Assembly: GCA_963769425.1 (NCBI GenBank)
Contig: CAVYLP010000006.1
Coordinates: 928,001-992,000, forward strand
DNA from: Candidatus Bathyarchaeota archaeon
GTDB lineage: Archaea; Thermoproteota; Bathyarchaeia; TCS64
Direction: 5' to 3'
Length of the DNA stretch: 64,000 nucleotides
Shown: positions 57,921 through 64,000 of the stretch, piece by piece
Numbering within the stretch: the stretch's first letter is position 1
How the letters are laid out: each line of letters begins with the position of its first letter
The notes under the pieces: model-generated
Databases searched by the model: none
The model's input: only the letters and a program-made list of their open reading frames with translations
What the model was told of the DNA's origin: nothing
Position numbers and translations under genes: made by a program

Positions 57921-58029
57921 AACCAATGGCTATGGGTGTTTATTTTAAACCTTTTGGTGGTTTCTTTCACGTATTTTTAATTAAGAGCATCGGTAAGAAT
58001 GTGGGAAATTTGAAAAAAAATATGGAGAT

Positions 58030-58353
58030 TTATCTCTCTACGGAGTCTAAGTGGAACTCAACAACCCAGACAACTTGGTCTGATTTCCAATTCCCATAAA
58101 GTTTCTGCCACTCAATAATGTAATCCTTGAGACTCGGCGTCCCTTCCTTAATAGCGTCCTGCTCATTCATTTCGCAGAGTCTTTGAGTGTATAATCGATC
58201 AATCTTTATCCTTTGAGGTAGATGAGTGAAGAATCCTGAGCGAATAAAGTAACTTCTGCCCTCCTTCACTAATGGTCGTTTCGTCCTTCTGGTTGCTGTC
58301 TTCTCCCCACTTAGCAGCAGTGGCAAGTAGGATTTCTTCCAGAGTAGAGTCAA
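58030..58353 (-). CDS. ASCH domain protein
   Basis: SGEKTATRR, DAIKEG and VWVVEF. Confidence 0.85.
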   Translation of the reverse strand: MTLLWKKSYLPLLLSGEKTATRRTKRPLVKEGRSYFIRSGFFTHLPQRIKIDRLYTQRLCEMNEQDAIKEGTPSLKDYIIEWQKLYGNWKSDQVVWVVEFHLDSVER

Positions 58354-58437
58354 CGATTAGATCTAATCATAACTAACTTTAGTCTTGTTTGGTCCCGGTA
58401 ACGCTTATTAAGTGAAACCCTGTATGCGATTTGCACG

Positions 58438-58570
58438 GGGGTCGTGGTCTAGACAGGTATGACGTTGGGCTCCAGAAATCCATGAAGGACTAAACTGACC
58501 CGTGAGGGGATGACGAGTTTTTGGAGCAGAAACCCAAATGCCGGGGGTTCAAATCCTCCCGACCCCACCA
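58438..58570 (+). tRNA. trnW: tRNA-Trp(CCA) with 56-nt intron (58476-58531) and encoded CCA
   Basis: Acceptor GGGGTCG/CGACCCC, anticodon arm TTGGG-CTCCAG|A-CCCAA and T-loop TTCAAAT. Confidence 0.93.
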
Positions 58571-58648
58571 TTCACCCTGAGTAGTTCTGCGTTCGTGAAG
58601 ATTCTGATCCTGCTGTCGACTTCGTGTCGATAAGCGTGATTCTCTGAT

Positions 58649-59128
58649 TTACTTGGGTTTACCATTTGGGAAACGGTCGGCCACGAGGTTGAGCCTGATC
58701 CCATGCTCGAGCCACGCCTTCAGCCCGGATAAGACCCAGGTGAATCCCCCCGTTGAGCCGAGAGCGGAGTTGACGATCGCGTCGCCGTCCCCGTGGAAGC
58801 CGCTCTCGGTGACGCTGACGAAGGTCGCTCCATCCCCGTGTGGGGTGAAGACCCACTCTACTCTGGTCGGGCCGCCGTAGCCCGCCCACTCGATCAGTAT
58901 CCGCTTATTCTCCACGATCTCCTTCACATCGACCTCGGCAGAGACGTTGTACATCTCCCACTTCCAAGTGACCTTCTTGCCAGCCTCCAGCCTCCCGGTG
59001 CCCTTTGTGAACCAGAAGTTGGTTGTGACCTCGGGGTCGATGAAGGCGTTGAATACTTCGCCCACTGGCCTGCGGATGAGCATCTCCGCCTTGGCGACCG
59101 GTTCCTTTGTAAGAATAAGCTTCTCCAT
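58649..59128 (-). CDS. SRPBCC/AHSA1-like protein
   Basis: EMLIRRPVGEVFNAFIDP, FWFT and LSGLKAWLEHG. Confidence 0.9.
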   Translation of the reverse strand: MEKLILTKEPVAKAEMLIRRPVGEVFNAFIDPEVTTNFWFTKGTGRLEAGKKVTWKWEMYNVSAEVDVKEIVENKRILIEWAGYGGPTRVEWVFTPHGDGATFVSVTESGFHGDGDAIVNSALGSTGGFTWVLSGLKAWLEHGIRLNLVADRFPNGKPK

Positions 59129-59183
59129 GCATTTGCTTCCATCGATTGTACTATTATAGCTTCGGCTGTGTGGTCATCTTAGC

Positions 59184-59993
59184 CTAGTGGATCCTCGACA
59201 GAATCTCTTCCCTCTCAAACATGCTGAGCCCGATCTTCAGGATCACTACGTCGATGGCGGCGAAGAGGGCGGTGAGGATGAGGATCACGACAGGGACAAG
59301 GAGGAGTATCCCGAACGCCTGCCCGACTACCAGCCCCATTATGGGAACTATTATGAGAACACTCAGCTGTTGCGCCTCCCTGAACCCCTTCACGCGCGCC
59401 GACACGATGACGGTTAGCGCGATCCCAGCCACTGAAACCGCCGGTGAGAGGAGGAAGATCACTAGCACCCAGTTGATCGTGGGGATTATGAGTCGGCCGA
59501 AGAGGCCGAAGCCGAGATAGTCCACAATTGCGGTGTAGGTGATGAATGAGGCCAGCGTCACTATCATCGAGGGGACGAAGGAGACTAGTATCTTTCCCAT
59601 CATGAGCTCCGCGTCGCTGAGGGGCGTCGCGAGGAGGCCTTCGATAGTCTTCCTCTCTTTCTCCCCCGCAAAGCTGTCACTGGCTATAACGCTGCTCGCC
59701 ATCGCGGGGATGAGGAGGAAGAATGGAAGGAATAGGTAGCCCAACAGGAGGTAGACGACCGTCTGCTGTTCTGTGAATCCGGCGATCTCCGCCCTCACGT
59801 TGGCGGGGAGGATACCCAGTATGCCGCTTACGTCGCCGTTCGTGGAGGCGCCGGCTGGGATGAGCATTATGACTGAAGGGAGGAAGACCGAGAAGATGAG
59901 CGGGACGATGAGTATCGGTGCAAGTATCTCCCAGTTCCTCCTGATCTCCAGCCAGTCTTTCCTGAACACTAGCAGAACCTTGTCCGCCCTCAT
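59184..59993 (-). CDS. ABC-2 type permease
   Basis: SFAGEKERKTIEGLLATP and REAQQ. Confidence 0.92.
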   Translation of the reverse strand: MRADKVLLVFRKDWLEIRRNWEILAPILIVPLIFSVFLPSVIMLIPAGASTNGDVSGILGILPANVRAEIAGFTEQQTVVYLLLGYLFLPFFLLIPAMASSVIASDSFAGEKERKTIEGLLATPLSDAELMMGKILVSFVPSMIVTLASFITYTAIVDYLGFGLFGRLIIPTINWVLVIFLLSPAVSVAGIALTVIVSARVKGFREAQQLSVLIIVPIMGLVVGQAFGILLLVPVVILILTALFAAIDVVILKIGLSMFEREEILSRIH

Positions 59994-60931
59994 CAGGAAT
60001 CCTCCTTGGTGAGTTCTAGATACGCGTCCTCTAGGGTCGGTTTCAGGATGTTCACTGACTTGACACGCCCCCCGGCTTGAACCAATGCCTTGACCACGTC
60101 AGGTGTCTCAGCCTCGGGGTCGTCTAGGTCGAAAATGAGGGATGTGAGGCCCTCGGCTCTGACGTTTTTAACTCCCTTCGTCTTCGATGCTTTGACGATG
60201 AGTTTTTCGTCGACCTCCTCAAGGACTACCTCTAGCTCGGGTGCGCCGTGTAGCTTCCTCTGCAGGTCGCTTATGCTCCCGGCGGCGAGGGCTACCCCCC
60301 TCCTGATTATCATGACGCGGTTGCAGAGCCTCTCCGCCTCCTCGAGGTTGTGTGTGCAGAGGACTATGGTGTGTCTCTCCTGGCGGCTCATCTTCTCCAT
60401 CAGGTCCCTGATGTCCTTCGCCGCCTTCGGGTCGAGTCCGGATGATGGCTCGTCGAGGAATACGACTTGGGGACTGTGTACGACAGCTTTCGCTATGGCG
60501 AGCTTCTGCCTCATCCCTCTGGAGAAGGTGCCCGCCTTGTCCCCGCGGCGGTCCCAGAGGTCGAAGAACTCGAGTAGATCCCTGACGCGGGTGTCCCTCC
60601 CCACCTTATCCTTGAGTCCATAGGCCTCTGCAAAGAATTCCATATTCTCCAACGCGGTCAGCCTGTCATATATACCGGGGTTCTCAGTGAGCACGCCAAC
60701 TGCCTCCCTGACTCTGAGGGGCTCCCTCACGATGTCGAACCCGGCGACGCTAGCGGAGCCCTCGCTCGGGGAGATGAGGCATGATAGCACCCTGACGGTC
60801 GTCGTCTTCCCTGAACCGTTCGGGCCCAGGAGGCCGAATATCTCACCGGGTTCCACCTTGAAACTCAGCTTATCGAGGGCGGTCAGGACTCCGAAGCGCT
60901 TGCTGATGCCCACCGCCTCGATGCCGGACAT
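59993..60931 (-). CDS. ABC-2 type ATP-binding protein
   Basis: GPNGSGKTT, FSRGMRQK and LDEPSSGLD. Confidence 0.95.
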   Translation of the reverse strand: MSGIEAVGISKRFGVLTALDKLSFKVEPGEIFGLLGPNGSGKTTTVRVLSCLISPSEGSASVAGFDIVREPLRVREAVGVLTENPGIYDRLTALENMEFFAEAYGLKDKVGRDTRVRDLLEFFDLWDRRGDKAGTFSRGMRQKLAIAKAVVHSPQVVFLDEPSSGLDPKAAKDIRDLMEKMSRQERHTIVLCTHNLEEAERLCNRVMIIRRGVALAAGSISDLQRKLHGAPELEVVLEEVDEKLIVKASKTKGVKNVRAEGLTSLIFDLDDPEAETPDVVKALVQAGGRVKSVNILKPTLEDAYLELTKEDS

Positions 60932-61034
60932 GTGTAATCTATCAAATATTCGGAGTCGGCGATTTAAGGAGGGGGCTGCTTACCCTCTGGGGTTAACTGT
61001 ATAAAGAGGGTTTCATGTCGTTTGCCTGAGTCGA

Positions 61035-61247
61035 ATGTCGAATAAGATGAGTGAGAACGAGAGGCGGATTGTCTACCTCTCCGTGTTAGTAGTGGCAGTC
61101 CTCGCTATTCTCCTTGGGCTCTCAAACGATCAGACCTACTCAGCCGTCACGGTTCTCTTCATCGTCATCGTCGTAATCGGGAACATCATTTACTTCTATC
61201 GCAGGATGAAGCGTAAGCCAGAGGAGAAGAAGGTAGGAACGGATTAG
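61035..61247 (+). CDS. Small 2-TM protein
   Basis: Two TMs and a basic tail; TATA-like TATAAA upstream. Confidence 0.6.
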   Translation: MSNKMSENERRIVYLSVLVVAVLAILLGLSNDQTYSAVTVLFIVIVVIGNIIYFYRRMKRKPEEKKVGTD

Positions 61248-61594
61248 CCCCTGAAGGTTATCTCGTACATAACACCGATCGGTTTCAGGGCCTCGTCGAC
61301 CCGCTTGATGAGGTCGTCCACGTAGTCGCGGCTCGGCTTCACCATCCACACGTAGACGAAGTCATACCCCTCCAGGTCCTCACCCTTCGCGAGGATCTTA
61401 CCACACCTCTCGTAGGTCACCTTCCCGCGCCCTTTGAAGTAGTTGTAGATCCAGTCGACCGTCTGGGTGTACGGGTCCGCGTGGTAGAGGAGTGGGTTCA
61501 TGAGGCAGATCTCCGGGTTATCAAGCGCGACGCGCTCGAGGGCGGCGATGGCCTCGAGGTAGGGTGGGCCGTAGATGCGTATTAGTGCCTTCAG
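61244..61594 (-). CDS. Hypothetical protein, probable CTG start
   Basis: The open frame extends 31 codons upstream of ATG 61501 to a CTG preceded by GGTG: (M)KALIRIYGPPYLEAIAALE. Confidence 0.6.
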   Translation of the reverse strand: MKALIRIYGPPYLEAIAALERVALDNPEICLMNPLLYHADPYTQTVDWIYNYFKGRGKVTYERCGKILAKGEDLEGYDFVYVWMVKPSRDYVDDLIKRVDEALKPIGVMYEITFRG

Positions 61595-61650
61595 TTTCTT
61601 ACACCGTTGGAAGCTTGGGAAGCATGGCGTATAATCCTTGGTTCCGGGGG

Positions 61651-62682
61651 CTAGGCCGAAATATACTCTATGAACGCCTTAACGAGCCTGATGGTGTTCT
61701 CGATGTCCTCCGTCGTCGTTATCGAGGCTGGGCCGTGGATATATCTGCACGGCACCGCTATCGTGCCGCTGGGGACGCCGCCCTTCGTGAGGTGGATGCT
61801 TCCCGCGTCGGTTCCACCGCTCGGGATCTTCTTGAACTGGTAAGGTATCTTACTCTCCTCAGCAGCCTCCGTTATCGCCTTGAGAACCTTTGGGTGAGCG
61901 ATGACGCTCGCATCGGCTATTGTCACGACGGGGCCCTTCTTGAGGGAGGCGGGGACCATATGGGGCGCCATCCCCGGCATGTCGACGGCGAATGTGCCCT
62001 CGAGAGCAAGGCCGTAGTCCGGGTCGACTTGGTAAGCAGCCGTTCTGCTGCCCCTCAACCCAACCTCTTCCTGGACCGTCCCCACGGCTACGACGTTTAC
62101 TGGCGACCCCCTGAGGGATTTGAAGACCTCAGCCATGACGTAGCAGCCAACTCGGTCGTCGAGAGCCTTACCCCTTACATAGCCGCCACCGAGGTCGAGG
62201 AAGTCGACGTCAAAGACGCCGGTCATCCCTTCGCAGGCGCCCCTCGTCTCCGCCTCCTCACGGGTGCATGTTCCAATATCGACGAAGAGGTCATCGAGGA
62301 CGACCGGTTTCTTCCTCTCCTCCTCACTCATGATATGCGGTGGCTTCGTGCCGATTACCCCCCTCAGGTCCCCCTTCTTCCCGCGGAAGATGAGCCTCTG
62401 CCCGGGGAGGATGTTTGGGACGACTCCCCAGCTGTGTAGGCGGAGATAGCCCATGTCCTCGATGTGTCTGACGAGGAAGCCGACCTCGTCGGTGTGGGCA
62501 GCTAGCATGATCAGGGGTTTACCCTTCTCCCCCCTGTGAGTGAATAGGATGTTGCCGAGCCTGTCGACCCTCGTCTCGTCGGCGAAACCCTCGAGTTCTG
62601 CCTTCAGAATCTCCCTCGCCTCGTCCTCGTAGCCCGGTGGGCCGTAGGCGTTGGATAACTTCCTCAGAAGTGTGAGGTCCAT
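61651..62682 (-). CDS. M42 (TET) aminopeptidase
   Basis: AAHTDEVG, GKALDDRVG, QEEVGLRG, GGTDAG and PCRYIH. Confidence 0.95.
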   Translation of the reverse strand: MDLTLLRKLSNAYGPPGYEDEAREILKAELEGFADETRVDRLGNILFTHRGEKGKPLIMLAAHTDEVGFLVRHIEDMGYLRLHSWGVVPNILPGQRLIFRGKKGDLRGVIGTKPPHIMSEEERKKPVVLDDLFVDIGTCTREEAETRGACEGMTGVFDVDFLDLGGGYVRGKALDDRVGCYVMAEVFKSLRGSPVNVVAVGTVQEEVGLRGSRTAAYQVDPDYGLALEGTFAVDMPGMAPHMVPASLKKGPVVTIADASVIAHPKVLKAITEAAEESKIPYQFKKIPSGGTDAGSIHLTKGGVPSGTIAVPCRYIHGPASITTTEDIENTIRLVKAFIEYISA

Positions 62683-62758
62683 GTCAGATCGTCTCTGAAT
62701 GGGGGCGATAGGCGATATAATACTAGAGAATACTGTGGGCGTAATATCGAGGTATTAG

Positions 62759-63583
62759 TCACATTCTCGAGAAGATGCGTTGGACGGCTTCGATCCCGTC
62801 ACCGACGACCTCGACGTCGTACATCTCGCCTAGCCCCCTCTCGTGGCCCCACTTTATGTGCTCGATGGTCTGGGGGTCGATGCCCATAACCCTCGTCGCC
62901 GTAGCATCGGTGGCAACAGGGTCGACACCGGCTATAATAGTGTCCATCTTAACAGGGTTGCCGTTGACAGGCCCCCTCCCCTCCATACCTACGAAGCCGT
63001 CGATGACCGTCAGCTTAGGTCTTAGGACGGTGTTAATGTCGACTATTACCTTGTCCATGCCCCTCATGTGGTACTTCCCCTTGAACTTGTCCGGGAGGAG
63101 TCCAAACATGTTCTTCATACCGAGGGTGACACCGGTCTGCATGTGCGTCTTCAGCTTCGCGGCGCTGACGATGGCGGCCTCCGTGACGATGCGTGGGACC
63201 GTGATGGTGTCTAGTGTCATCGCGTTTGGGACTGGTATCTCAATCCTATCCTTCTCGTGGCGGAGGTTGATGAAGCGCACCCCGACCCTGTCACACATGT
63301 CTTTCATTCCGCTGGTGACACACGCCTTGTCCGCGTTCGTCATCGTGGCGTCCGACTCGACTATGAGTACCTCGACGGGGATCTCCCTAAGCCGGTTCAC
63401 TATCGCCTCGACGACTACGGGGTCAGTCGTGGCCCCGGTCTCCCAGTTCTTCGTCGAGATGAAATTGACCTTGACGAGGACCTTATCCGACTTCCCAATG
63501 GCCTTTTTGTAGTCCACGAGGTCGAGTGCCCTGTTTACCGGCTCTGGTCCACGACTCCCCTTGACGACAGCGACGCGCGGCAA
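62759..63583 (-). CDS. DUF362 family protein
   Basis: VLVKVN, TTDP, KLKTH..VTLGMKN, DGFVGMEGRGP and DPVATD; TTG start. Confidence 0.88.
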   Translation of the reverse strand: MPRVAVVKGSRGPEPVNRALDLVDYKKAIGKSDKVLVKVNFISTKNWETGATTDPVVVEAIVNRLREIPVEVLIVESDATMTNADKACVTSGMKDMCDRVGVRFINLRHEKDRIEIPVPNAMTLDTITVPRIVTEAAIVSAAKLKTHMQTGVTLGMKNMFGLLPDKFKGKYHMRGMDKVIVDINTVLRPKLTVIDGFVGMEGRGPVNGNPVKMDTIIAGVDPVATDATATRVMGIDPQTIEHIKWGHERGLGEMYDVEVVGDGIEAVQRIFSRM

Positions 63584-63695
63584 ATCAATCAGGGTAGGGT
63601 TCGATCCGCCCGTAATAGACTTTGTTGAGAGGCTTTCTGTCTCCTTGGTCAATATTGATACATAACGGATTTTATGATCAGCCCGGTTACCCCCA

Positions 63696-64000
63696 GTGTC
63701 CACCCTAATCGATGCCCAGGCGCGGGCCGAGCTAAAGAGTCTATTCGCGAGCCTTGTGGGGCCCGTCAACATCACCTTCTTCACCCAGTCCAACCCAACC
63801 CAGGCCTGCGTCGAGCAGAGGCGACTCCTTGAGGAGCTCGCCTCGATGAGCGGCAAGATCAGCCTGAAGGTGCTCGACCTCTTAAATGATCAAACACAGG
63901 CCGCGACCCGTGGCGTGGATAAGATCCCCGCGACACTCGTAGATGGTGCAGGGGAGCTGGGGATAAGGTTCTATGGCCTGACTGGGGGCTACGAGTTCTC
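63696..64000 (+). CDS. Protein disulfide oxidoreductase / glutaredoxin-like (3'-truncated)
   Basis: GTG start; LLEELA, GVDKIPA and IRFYGL.GGYEF; only one Cys (TQAC) at the N-terminal site. Confidence 0.8.
   Translation, partial: MSTLIDAQARAELKSLFASLVGPVNITFFTQSNPTQACVEQRRLLEELASMSGKISLKVLDLLNDQTQAATRGVDKIPATLVDGAGELGIRFYGLTGGYEF

Noticed and set aside
62759-63856. 365-aa version of DUF362
   Set aside because: The N-terminal extension overlaps the divergent disulfide oxidoreductase; TTG 63583 fits the family.
1-64000. Genome-wide TAG recoding
   Set aside because: TAG ends many genes at the expected family C-terminus (folC, argG, map, M42 peptidase).
58540-64000. Integrated element at tRNA-Trp
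   Set aside because: No integrase and no duplicated tRNA 3' end seen in the window.

Overview
Archaeal chromosomal window of about 70 CDS, a stand-alone 5S rRNA and an intron-containing tRNA-Trp. It is most likely from a TACK lineage such as Bathyarchaeia (inferred from the unlinked 5S rRNA, single-OB SSB, DUF1512-map pair, archease, Cgi121, and frequent TTG/GTG starts behind TATA boxes). The content is mostly housekeeping (folC, argG, guaA, map, DRG GTPase, TsaC, PPIase), amino-acid and peptide catabolism (M14, M20, M42 peptidases, arginase-like, FAD oxidoreductases) and stress genes (ArsR-hcp-cupin-bcp). No CRISPR array, integrase or transposase was seen. The best candidate for an undescribed system is at 4.5-14.5 kb: a GlmL/MutL-like actin-fold (ASKHA) ATPase and a partner protein, with no B12 mutase in the window, next to a four-gene membrane operon (DUF6754-like first gene). 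That operon is divergent from an M14 peptidase and is preceded by a perfect 16-bp palindrome and a ~140-nt multi-stem leader that looks like a cis-regulatory RNA. Other highlights: a non-coding array of seven ~17-bp direct and inverted motifs at 29.9-30.25 kb, a TFS paralog lacking the catalytic acidic pair, a 58-aa Cys/His protein missed by the ORF track, and a C/D-box-like tRNA-Trp intron. Several single-base frameshifts in short homopolymers suggest long-read assembly errors. All family assignments come from motif recognition only; no searches were run.
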